Assembly (NCBI GenBank): GCA_036276615.1
Contig: DASUON010000110.1
Location: 1-59,673, forward strand
Source: Burkholderiaceae bacterium
GTDB taxonomy: Bacteria > Pseudomonadota > Gammaproteobacteria > Burkholderiales > Burkholderiaceae_C
Direction: 5' to 3'
DNA: 59,673 bases
Shown: piece after piece, positions 28,681-36,692 of the stretch
Numbering within the stretch: position 1 is the stretch's first letter
Layout: every line of letters starts with the position of its first letter
Notes under the pieces: generated by a model
What the model was told of the DNA's origin: nothing
Seen by the model: the letters and a program-made list of their open reading frames with translations, nothing else
The model's database searches: none
Made by a program: the position numbers and the translations under genes

Positions 28681-29187
28681 TCAGTTGCTCAGGCCTTGCG
28701 TCTGTCCAAGGCGCGGATCGTCCAACATCAGGGCGTGGACGATGGCCATGCCCACCCCGTTCACGAGGTCCAGGGCCGTGGCGGCATCCACAGGGTCGTT
28801 GATCCAGGCCAGCGATGTCAGCTGCAGCAAGCCCTCGGGCGAGGTGGTGAGAAACCACCCCAATTCACCCAGCACGATGGACTGCACCGCCAGCAGACGC
28901 TGCACATCCGACCCGGCAAGCTCCTGGGCCGACATGGGCAGCAGGGCTTCGGGGCGCACCGCAGGGGGGTCACCTTCCTGCAGGTGAACGCGACACGCCA
29001 ACCCCGCCGGCCCGGTGAACAGGTGCGGCGCGATCAGGGCGTCTCCGTCCTGCGGAGAGAGTCCCAGCTGCAAGGCCAGCTGCGACATGAAATCGGCTTG
29101 CGCAATCGTCAGAGAACCCGACAGGGCGCTGTTCACCAGCGGACGGCGTGCATGCGCGGCAGTGGGCAGAGAAGTGGACATCATCAT
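28681..29187 (-). CDS. class I (CesT/SycE-like) T3SS chaperone candidate
   Basis: 168 aa from MMMSTSLPT. The small acidic pattern ..DFMSQLALQLGL..DGDALI.. ...LLAVQSIVLGELGWFLTTSPEGLLQLTSL resembles effector chaperones. It lies directly upstream of the 662-aa gene. Confidence 0.5.
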   Translation of the reverse strand: MMMSTSLPTAAHARRPLVNSALSGSLTIAQADFMSQLALQLGLSPQDGDALIAPHLFTGPAGLACRVHLQEGDPPAVRPEALLPMSAQELAGSDVQRLLAVQSIVLGELGWFLTTSPEGLLQLTSLAWINDPVDAATALDLVNGVGMAIVHALMLDDPRLGQTQGLSN

Positions 29188-29300
29188 GTTGGTTCTGGAT
29201 GGTCGTGCCTGATGTCCAGCATCGTCCGCTCTGCCCGCCATGGCGTGAGCGCCCCAACCGCAGTGGTTGATGGACACGCGAAGTTTTCGCTCGCAGTGCG

Positions 29301-30490
29301 TCATCCAAACCCCGCCGTCAGGTGGGTCAGGGCCTGGCGCACGAGGTGGATGCGCTTGTGCTCGTACGAGTTGCTGTAGGTCCGTAAACGCCCGGGTTGC
29401 ACGGGGTCTGGGCGTGTGACCTCATGGGCGGCGTGGCGCTCCAGCAGGTTCTGGCCCTTTTTGTTGACGGGTGCCATGGCGTCGGGGCGCAGGCGTTGCC
29501 AGCCCGTGAAGCCCGCGGCTCTTTGGGCCCGGGCCGCACGTCGGCGACTGCTGTTGACCTGGATGTAGTGCTTCAGCTCGTCTTTGGATGTGGCGTGTTT
29601 GAACAGCGAGGGCGGCAAATTCCGTGGCGCGTCCAGATGGTTGACCCCGGCGGCCATGCGCCCTGTGAGCAGCCCAAACAGCGCCCGCTCGTGCAGGGAC
29701 TGGATGGCCGGATCGGTGGCCATTTTTTGGGCTGCGGCAATCGCAAAGATGTGGCAGCCCTCGGCACTTTTTTGCACGGCGGTATCCGTCATGCCCAGGT
29801 GCAGCCGCACGGGCTTGGCACCGTCAGGCTGTCGGGCTTGCAGCGCCTCGGTCACGGTGTTGAGTGTGGCTTGCCACGCTTGGCGCTTGCGCAACACGTC
29901 AAATGGCCCCCACCCCACACTGTCCACCACCAGCAGGGACACGTCGTTCGTGTGGGCGCTGAAGCGCAGGCTGATGGCCGTGCCATGGTCGCCATCGGTG
30001 AGCACGCCTTGCCAGGCCTGCCCACTGCCCAGGCTGTCTTGCAGACGTTGTGCCAAGGACGATGCCAACAACGCGTCCTTGGGGCCCCCAGCTCAAGCAG
30101 GTGGCGTTCCAGTTGAAGGCCCGGGTGCGCTGCGTTGACCCCCGCCAGCAGCTCGGGCAGGAACTGGGCATCCGCGGTGTCGGGGGTTCTGCCTTCGTCC
30201 AGGGCTTGCTCCAGGTCTTCGAGGTAGTCCATCAACTCGGGGTGATGCTCGGCGGCCACCTCTGGCCTGAAGGTGGTCGCCGACTGTGACGTGCTGGCAC
30301 CCGGCAAGGTGGCACGCGGGGCCAAGGCCGTTGCGGGCGAAGCCCGCAGTGCCAAGCCCTCTGGCGCTGCGTCTGTACTGAGACGCCGACGCTGCGCCGG
30401 GGGCTGTACCTCGGCAGCGTCCGTGCGCCACGGGGTGGGCCGCGCCGCGTCTGTCGGACTCGGTGGAGACGAGGAACGCAAGGGAAACAT
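29301..30490 (-). pseudogene. YopJ/HopZ/PopP/XopJ-family acetyltransferase effector gene, split by a 1-nt frameshift
   Basis: The N-terminal part (ORF 29852-30490) carries ..HPELMDYLEDLEQALDEG...FLPELLAGVNAAHPGLQLE. The C-terminal part (ORF 29301-30071) carries the H/D/C triad context (GDHGTAISLRF, LLVVDS, VQKSAEGCHIFAIAAAQKM) and the YopJ-like motifs LFKHATSKDELKHYI, VNKKGQNLLERH and SYEHKRI. The frames join only if one nucleotide is added in the run at 30081-30089. Confidence 0.8.
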
Positions 30491-30535
30491 GGTCGGGCAT
30501 CTTGCGCGGGAAGCAGGCGGCTCAACCCTCCCCTT

Positions 30536-30560
30536 GCGAAGCCCTTGCCATCGGTGCGAA
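30536..30560 (-). promoter_or_regulatory. perfect PIP box TTCGC-N15-TTCGC upstream of the YopJ-family gene
   Basis: The plus strand reads GCGAA-gcccttgccatcggt-GCGAA, 46 nt upstream of ATG 30490. Confidence 0.7.
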
Positions 30561-30570
30561 GCGTTGGCGG

Positions 30571-30595
30571 TTCGGACCGCTGTACGTCATTTCGT
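30571..30595 (+). promoter_or_regulatory. PIP-like / hrpII box TTCGG-N15-TTCGT
   Basis: TTCGG-accgctgtacgtcat-TTCGT, 10 nt from the opposite-strand box and 89 nt upstream of ATG 30684. Confidence 0.6.
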
Positions 30596-30683
30596 GCCCT
30601 TGCGGTGGCCGTTCAAGGAATGGCGAACCATGGCGGGTGCTCGTCACACCTCGGCCTCCACTGTTTTGACTTCAAGGGATCCC

Positions 30684-32717
30684 ATGATTTCATCCACACC
30701 CGCGCCCGCCCTGTCCACGCCCCCCCATCTTGAAGGCGGGGCAGTTTCTTCCGGATCGCATGAAACCGCCAGCCCCCCCGCGGCGGTGGACACGCACCCG
30801 CTGCACGGACGGCGTGCTGACGCGGCGGGCGGTTCGCCCGTTTCAGACTCCCTGCCGCCTCGCGGTGCCACGCCCGCGGTGTCTGCATCGTCGACGGACG
30901 CCAGCGGCATCACGGGTAGCCTTTGGCGGGCGGCCAGCAGTGCGAGCGCTGCGGTGCTTGGCGGACTCCAAGGTGCCCGGACGGTGGCCACGTCCACGGC
31001 ACAGAACCTGTGGTCGCTCAGTGACCTGCGCACCATGCTGCAACCCCATGCCGACGACCCGGCGTTTTTGCTGCAGCTGCGCGGGCGCGACCCCGAAGCG
31101 CCTGCCGATTACACCTTTGCGCAATGCCGACAGCAGTTGCAAGACCTGCGCGCACTGGTGCAGGGCGGACATGGCATGGAGCCGCGGTTTCAAAAGACGG
31201 TGCTTCAAGACATTCAGACCATCGAACAGGCGCTGAATCCGCTGGAACACGGCACCTCCAGTGCCGGGCGCGCGGCAAAGGCGCTGGCCAACATGGTCAA
31301 CCTGTGGCCCATGTTGGTGCCCAGCAAGCTGCTGGCCAATCAGGCCAAAACCTTTGCCTACACGGTGGCGGCGGCCAGCAAGGCGGTGGTGAGCGTGGGG
31401 GGGGCAACGTTGCGGCCCACCGCCGACGGCTTGCCCTTCCCCTTGGCCGGCGGTGAACTGGGCCGACAGGCCGACGAGGTGCATTTCTATCCCGCCCTGC
31501 TCAATGCCATCTTCCTGTCCATCGAGATGTCGAAGAAGTACGGTTCCCCGGGCGTGCAACAGCACGCCCTGGCGGTTGAGCACAACAAGTTGGCCCATGC
31601 CGGTTTTGCCTTGGCAGCGGGGACCGCCCTGATTGCCCCTTTTGTGTGGAACAACGTCAAGAGCGGTGCCAACAAGGTGGTGGAGGCGGGTGTGCGCGCT
31701 GCGGCAAGCGGACTGGAGCGGGCGGGACTTGCCGGGCGTGCAGACACCATGCGACGCAGCATCACCCCCGGCGAAGTGGGCGAGGCGGTGAAGGCTGAGC
31801 TGTCGGGCCTGTGGCAACAGCTGGAGACCGGTCGCCTGGCCTTGCAGCAAGCTCGTTTGGACTTTTCCGATCCGGCATCGGGTCGCGAACTCACGCGCAC
31901 GCTCAATTCGCAGTGCACCCACCTGCTGGAGTCGATTGCGCTGTGCACCGAACGCCTGGACAAGGCCTTTGGCATCAGCGCAGCCCAGGAGGCCGCAGGG
32001 ACCGTGGTGCCACGGGATTCGGCCTCCAACCCCGACTTTGCATCCAAACTGGCTTTGACGATGTTTGCCACGGCCATCACCGCCTCCACGGTGTACCTGA
32101 TCCAGCCCGACCCCATTGGCACGGTGGACCTGGCCGCCGACAGTGCCGTCGTCACGGCGGTGATGATGCAAAGTGCCCTGAACAAACAGGCCACCCGCCA
32201 AGATGCCATGGAGCGCTTCAAAGGCATGGCCGCCACCAGCATGGTCATGGCGCTGGCGCTGTCGGCGGACAAGGTGTCCAAAACGCTCACCCCTCGCGGA
32301 CTTGTCGAAGCCGACGCCACCGCGCCGTATTACGCCGCCCTGGTGATGACCCTGATGGCCATGACCCTGCCCGGCCCCATTGCCCGCGGCGCGGAACTGG
32401 CCCTCAATTGGGGCGGGCGGCAAGTGGGCAAAGGTTTGCAACAGATCCGCAGCCTGGTCAGCGGGCCGGGGGGCGAATCCCTGGGCACCGTGGAGCCTCG
32501 TTCCATTCAGGAGTTGCAGCAGCGTGTGGCAGAACTCCAGGCCTTTCACACCCAGGAGCGCCCCAGCGAACAGCAAGCTGCGCTGGACAACCTGGTGGCG
32601 GACAGCCTGCGTCAAACGCTGGCCGAAGCGGGCAGAACCGCGAGCGGTCAAACACCTCCACGCCCATCCAGCGTGGTCATTGAGGACATCACCGAGTCCC
32701 AGGCGGCCCACGCCTGA
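30684..32717 (+). CDS. large T3SS substrate candidate with several hydrophobic segments (effector or translocator)
   Basis: 677 aa from MISSTPAPALSTPPHLEGG (Ser/Pro/Ala-rich N-terminus). TM-like stretches FALAAGTALIAPFVW, LALTMFATAITASTVYLI, AATSMVMALALSA and YYAALVMTLMAMTLPGPI. The start was chosen downstream of the PIP-like box. Confidence 0.6.
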   Translation: MISSTPAPALSTPPHLEGGAVSSGSHETASPPAAVDTHPLHGRRADAAGGSPVSDSLPPRGATPAVSASSTDASGITGSLWRAASSASAAVLGGLQGARTVATSTAQNLWSLSDLRTMLQPHADDPAFLLQLRGRDPEAPADYTFAQCRQQLQDLRALVQGGHGMEPRFQKTVLQDIQTIEQALNPLEHGTSSAGRAAKALANMVNLWPMLVPSKLLANQAKTFAYTVAAASKAVVSVGGATLRPTADGLPFPLAGGELGRQADEVHFYPALLNAIFLSIEMSKKYGSPGVQQHALAVEHNKLAHAGFALAAGTALIAPFVWNNVKSGANKVVEAGVRAAASGLERAGLAGRADTMRRSITPGEVGEAVKAELSGLWQQLETGRLALQQARLDFSDPASGRELTRTLNSQCTHLLESIALCTERLDKAFGISAAQEAAGTVVPRDSASNPDFASKLALTMFATAITASTVYLIQPDPIGTVDLAADSAVVTAVMMQSALNKQATRQDAMERFKGMAATSMVMALALSADKVSKTLTPRGLVEADATAPYYAALVMTLMAMTLPGPIARGAELALNWGGRQVGKGLQQIRSLVSGPGGESLGTVEPRSIQELQQRVAELQAFHTQERPSEQQAALDNLVADSLRQTLAEAGRTASGQTPPRPSSVVIEDITESQAAHA

Positions 32718-32743
32718 TTGTGCTCAAGGACGGTTGATGCTGG

Positions 32744-32780
32744 CCGATGAATGCAAGGGGAACGCCCTGGCATTCATCGG
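32744..32780 (+). terminator. hairpin after the 677-aa gene
   Basis: CCGATGAATGC-15 nt loop-GCATTCATCGG, 27 nt after the stop. There is no U-tract. Confidence 0.35.
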
Positions 32781-32843
32781 GCGTGGCGACACCGCTCCAC
32801 AGAAAAGTCAAACAATATGGTCTTTCCTGCTTTGTTCGCCTGA

Positions 32844-33126
32844 ATTGAATGCTACAAATTTGATAAATTGAATGACCTGCTCATGGTGAAGTGAGCTGGT
32901 CCGAATGGAAGGGTTTACTGAGGAGGGGTGGAAAAACAAATCCAGCTACCATATTTTCAGCAAGCAATGTCATTCATTAATTTATATCCCCCTTCATAAA
33001 AACAATTAATACACCGAAATCGGAAAAATTTCGATTGAATCATTGAAAGATTACTGATTCATTACACACAGCCAGAGGGGTCAGAGTTTCCTGAATTACC
33101 CTCGTCGGAATTGGACTACATTGAAT
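32844..33126. promoter_or_regulatory. cluster of four exact ATTGAAT motifs in the AT-rich tract upstream of hrpG
   Basis: AATTGAATG at 32843 and 32866 (23 nt apart). ATTGAATCA at 33034 and 33120. A related ATTGAAA is at 33042. Confidence 0.35.
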
Positions 33127-33529
33127 CAGATTTTCCTTATTTTTGGAAATTCAAGCCCCGCATCCGTTCAGTCCAAACCAGCACCCGTGATCAGGCCGTT
33201 GCAAGAGGCGTCTGCCTCCGATAGATCGGTGCACTGGCTTCGCGCGTCGATCTCCGGCACGAGTGTTTTTCCCATGGCCAAGGGGTTCATGGAGGTGGGC
33301 AAGCACAGCTTCACCAACGCACGATCAGGGTTGATGCCATGTGGGCGGGAATGCATGCAAAGTCTGAATACCCAGTGCATTTCTGGATTGGAGAAAGTTC
33401 AGCATCAGAACTTTCTCGCTTGACACAATGCGCCTCATTGGGCAGTATCATTTCCACGAAAATAGATCCAAAGAGACAAAAGGGGAGGACGCTATCGCAT
33501 CGCCAGACTTTTGAAAGCAGGAGGCCAAA

Positions 33530-34348
33530 GTGAAAGTCATGACCTTATTTGCACGGCAAACAAAAGGGGCCGCCGTGTGCAGAGACCTGCAAGCCCAAGG
33601 CGTTGAGGTCCTCGCCATGCCATCCATCGGCACCCTGTTGCACAAACTCAAACAAGGGGACACCCAGGCCGTTGTCCTGGAAGACAACGCCACACACCTG
33701 GCGGACTGGCTGTCCATGCTGCAGATGAGGGCGGGACACCATGTGCCCGTGATCGTGGTGGGCGATGGCCAAGGGGTCGGCATGGCCGAGGCCCTGGCGT
33801 ACGGCGCCACCGATTACGCAGAACACAACGGCAGCGTGTGCCAACTGCTGGCACGCTTGCGCGCCCGAGTGGGGTTGGCCCCCGTGCACTCCAACCAACG
33901 GGTGGACATCGGTCCGTTTTCGCTGGACCCCGCAACGTCCGCGGTCTTTCACGAGGGCGTGGAAGTCAGCCTCACCTCCCGTGAGTTCTCGCTGGCCTGG
34001 GTGTTGTTCACCAACGTGGGGCGGGTGGTGGGCATGTCGAGTTTGGCGGCCCGGGTCTGGGGCCGATCGAGCGAGGTGTGCAAACGCACGCTGGAACAAC
34101 ACATCTACCGTTTGCGTCGCAAGCTGTCGGTCAACGACATGGACTCCCGGATCCGCATCCAAACCGTCTACAGCGTGGGCTACCGCCTCGACCTGCGCAA
34201 GGAAAACCGCCCGGATTGGTCGATGTCCGACTTCGGTGTGGACGCGGCGGCGGCCGCGGATGCGCTCTTTGCATCCCGCATGGCACCCTCCGTGGCGCCG
34301 CCGCCACCGCCCAAGGCAGTGCCCATCCTGCCGGGACATCTCTGGTAA
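33530..34348 (+). CDS. hrpG: OmpR/PhoB-family response regulator with atypical receiver (HrpG-like)
   Basis: 272 aa with AGGAGG 5 nt upstream of GTG 33530. Winged-helix output (VSLTSREFSLAWVLF...RTLEQHIYRLRRKL...VYSVGYRL). The receiver keeps an Asp in VVLEDN but lacks the N-terminal acidic pair and the conserved Lys. Confidence 0.7.
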   Translation: MKVMTLFARQTKGAAVCRDLQAQGVEVLAMPSIGTLLHKLKQGDTQAVVLEDNATHLADWLSMLQMRAGHHVPVIVVGDGQGVGMAEALAYGATDYAEHNGSVCQLLARLRARVGLAPVHSNQRVDIGPFSLDPATSAVFHEGVEVSLTSREFSLAWVLFTNVGRVVGMSSLAARVWGRSSEVCKRTLEQHIYRLRRKLSVNDMDSRIRIQTVYSVGYRLDLRKENRPDWSMSDFGVDAAAAADALFASRMAPSVAPPPPPKAVPILPGHLW

Positions 34349-34387
34349 AGCCTGGCCCGGGTTCGGCATGGCCGGTCCTCTGGGTGC

Positions 34388-34843
34388 TCAAGCCCGTATC
34401 CAGAAGTAGTCACCCGCGCAGATGCCCACAAACATCTCGTCGGTGGCGTTGGAAATGTTGTCGCGCCAGTAGCGACCGTGTTCGACGTAGTGGGTCATGG
34501 TTTCAGCCAGCCAAGCCCCCGTGATCGAATCGCCCATGGGCACACGCACGATGAGGACGATGCCCCCGGTGTCCGCATTCACGCCAAGCTGGGCCTGGTC
34601 CTGGGCATAAACGCTCAGGTTGGCCTCCAGCAGCAGGCGAAAGATGCGCATCGTGCGCCCGGCCGTCACGATGCCGTAGTGGAAGTTGAGGTACATCGCC
34701 CCGGGGTCGTTCTGGAAGTTCGCCAGGTGCACCTCAAAGCCTTCGACCTCAATGCTGCCTCGTTGCAGCACACTGTCGGCATCGGGCAGGTCAATGACCT
34801 GACACAGTTCGCGCACCAGCGATTGATAACGTTCGAAGCTCAT
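34388..34843 (-). CDS. hpaB: general T3SS chaperone, CesT/Tir-chaperone family (HpaB-like)
   Basis: 151 aa from MSFERYQSLVRELCQVIDLPDADSVLQRGSIEVEGFEVHL, a typical class I chaperone N-terminus. ATG overlaps the upstream stop (ATGA). Confidence 0.65.
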   Translation of the reverse strand: MSFERYQSLVRELCQVIDLPDADSVLQRGSIEVEGFEVHLANFQNDPGAMYLNFHYGIVTAGRTMRIFRLLLEANLSVYAQDQAQLGVNADTGGIVLIVRVPMGDSITGAWLAETMTHYVEHGRYWRDNISNATDEMFVGICAGDYFWIRA

Positions 34844-35766
34844 GGTGTGGCCGGAGGAACGGACGCCAACGTCAGCTGGCACGACAACTCGATGCGGTCG
34901 CACGCCTGCTGAATTTGCTCGGGCGTGCGGGGCCGATCGGCGTGGAGCAGCTTCAGCGGCAACAACAGGTTGAGGTTTTGCTGGGCCTCGTCGGGCAAGG
35001 TGCGGACCGGTCCCTGGCCGCCCCCCGGGGCTCGGTCAAGCAACAGCTGTTTGACGTGAGCCAACGTGGACAGGGGGCCGGGTGCCAGTTGGTGTTCGTG
35101 CACCGCCAGCAGGTAGGCTCGAACGGCTGCCAGTTGCAAACGCGTGGCCTGCGTTGGCACCCCGGGTGCACTGGGCGCTGCCGGGCGTTGGGCCAACATC
35201 TGGTTCACCAGGGCAAGCGCCAAGGCGTCGTGATGGACGGGAGCGCTCGCCACCTCGCCAGGCAACAGGGCTTGGGCTTGCAGCCCCGCCAAGGGCTGCG
35301 CGTCGGCGAAACCGGTTGCATCTTGCCCCGCGGGGCGGTCGTGCTGACCCAGCTTCCACTGCATGGCCCGGTAGGGGGCCTGGGCTTCCCCGTCTCGCAT
35401 GGGGTCGTTGGTGTCGTCGTGGGTGTGCGATCCCTCCATGTCCAAGCTGGCCGAAAGGGCCTGGTCTTGCCAGGCCGAAGACTCCGCCGATGGCCCCATG
35501 TTGGACAGGGCATCGTGGCTTGCGTCGTGCTCCAGCTCCAAAGACTGTGCGCCTGGAGGCCGAGGTGGCCGTCGCCGCAAGGGTGGCGGCCGCCGCGCAG
35601 CAGGCGGCGCAGGTGCCCGCCCCAGCCGGAACACGTAGCCCCCAAACTGCCCGCGGTGCACCGAGCCGCCCTGCCCCCCCGACTTTTGGGTGTGCAACAG
35701 GGCCTCGTGCCGCCGAACGTCGGCGGCAGCCTGGGACGACGAAGTGGGGCGAATCCGGGTGTTCAC
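34840..35766 (-). CDS. HpaA/HrpV-position protein (T3SS control or secreted protein candidate)
   Basis: 308 aa if it starts at GTG 35766, overlapping the hrcS stop (GTGA). It sits after hrcS, as hpaA does in Xanthomonas. There is an Arg/Pro-rich stretch ARRPPPLRRRPPRPP. The start is uncertain. Confidence 0.5.
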   Translation of the reverse strand: MNTRIRPTSSSQAAADVRRHEALLHTQKSGGQGGSVHRGQFGGYVFRLGRAPAPPAARRPPPLRRRPPRPPGAQSLELEHDASHDALSNMGPSAESSAWQDQALSASLDMEGSHTHDDTNDPMRDGEAQAPYRAMQWKLGQHDRPAGQDATGFADAQPLAGLQAQALLPGEVASAPVHHDALALALVNQMLAQRPAAPSAPGVPTQATRLQLAAVRAYLLAVHEHQLAPGPLSTLAHVKQLLLDRAPGGGQGPVRTLPDEAQQNLNLLLPLKLLHADRPRTPEQIQQACDRIELSCQLTLASVPPATP

Positions 35767-36023
35767 AGGAACATGGCCGCCAACAGGTTCTCGGCGAAAC
35801 GCAGCAGGGTGGAACCGGCCCACGGCGCACAAATGGCCACCACCACGGTCACGGACAGCAGCTTGATGCCCTGGGAAATGCTGGAGTCCTGCAAGGACGT
35901 CACCGCCTGCACAAAGGAGATCAGCAGGCCCACGATGGCCGACACCGCCACCGCAGGCAGCGACAGCAGGAGGCACATCATGAGCGCTTCGGAGGTGAGT
36001 CGGATGACGTTTTCGTAATGCAT
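35763..36023 (-). CDS. hrcS: T3SS export apparatus protein SctS (HrcS)
   Basis: 86 aa with two TM helices, YscS/HrcS-like (MHYENVIRLTSEALMMCLLLSLPAVAVSAIVGLLISFVQAVTSLQD). Confidence 0.9.
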   Translation of the reverse strand: MHYENVIRLTSEALMMCLLLSLPAVAVSAIVGLLISFVQAVTSLQDSSISQGIKLLSVTVVVAICAPWAGSTLLRFAENLLAAMFL

Positions 36024-36029
36024 GGTCGG

Positions 36030-36692
36030 TCAGCGGTAGGTGAGCACCAGGCCATGGATGAGCTTGGACCACCCATCCAGCACCACAAACAACAACAACT
36101 TGAACGGAATGGCCACGTTGGTCGGCGTGACCTGTGACAAGCCCATGGCCAGCAGCACGTTGGCAATGACCAGGTCGATCACGATGAACGCGAGGTACAG
36201 CAAAAAGCCGATGCGAAAGGCCGCCGTCAACTCGGTCAGCAGGAACGCGGGGGCCAGCACCAGCAGGTCGTCCTTCTTCAGCTTGGCGGCACGCTCGGGG
36301 GGCCAGATGGCCATGGCCGACTTCAGGAAGAACGCCTTTTCAGCCGAATCGGCATGTTTCTCGAGGAAGCGGCGCAAGGGCTCGCGCGCGGCATCGGCGG
36401 CTCCGATGATCTGCTGCGCGTTGGACTGTGCCGAGCCGGGGGATGTGATGCGCATTTGCTCCGAGGCTTCCATCAACACCGGGGCCATGACGTAACACGA
36501 CACGATCATGGCCACGCCGTTGAGCACCATGTTGGGCGGCACCTGTTGCACGCCAATGGCGTTGCGCAGCAAGCCCAGCACCACGGCGATCTTGGTGTAC
36601 GACGTCACCACCATGGCCGCAAACGGCAGCACCGCCATCGCGGCCAGCACCAGAAACAACGAGACTGGATCGGCACTGGGCAGCGGCATCAT
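36030..36692 (-). CDS. hrcR: T3SS export apparatus protein SctR (HrcR)
   Basis: 220 aa from MMPLPSADP. YscR/FliP-like motifs (TSYTKIAVVLGLLRNAIGVQQVPPNMVLNG). Confidence 0.9.
   Translation of the reverse strand: MMPLPSADPVSLFLVLAAMAVLPFAAMVVTSYTKIAVVLGLLRNAIGVQQVPPNMVLNGVAMIVSCYVMAPVLMEASEQMRITSPGSAQSNAQQIIGAADAAREPLRRFLEKHADSAEKAFFLKSAMAIWPPERAAKLKKDDLLVLAPAFLLTELTAAFRIGFLLYLAFIVIDLVIANVLLAMGLSQVTPTNVAIPFKLLLFVVLDGWSKLIHGLVLTYR

Noticed and set aside
29258-29282. Possible imperfect PIP box on the minus strand (TTCGC-N15-TGCGG), 71 nt upstream of the chaperone gene.
   Set aside because: The second half-site matches only 3 of 5 positions. The spacing and distance resemble the real boxes, but I did not count it. 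The chaperone-effector pair is more simply explained as co-transcribed from the perfect box at 30536.
30081-30092. Programmed -1 ribosomal frameshift or transcriptional slippage as the explanation for the split YopJ-family gene.
   Set aside because: CTG GGG GCC is not a canonical X XXY YYZ slippery heptamer. I see no obvious downstream stimulatory structure. The G5/C4 runs are shorter than tracts known to cause efficient transcriptional slippage. A mutation or a sequencing error is more likely.
33121-33423. 100-aa ORF (TTG start) and the antisense 70-aa ORF 33168-33380 inside the AT-rich tract upstream of hrpG. A 34-aa ATG ORF around 32905-33009 was also seen.
   Set aside because: None has an RBS, a codon-bias signal or a recognisable motif. 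The TTG start is arbitrary. I treat the region as non-coding or regulatory unless transcript or peptide data say otherwise.
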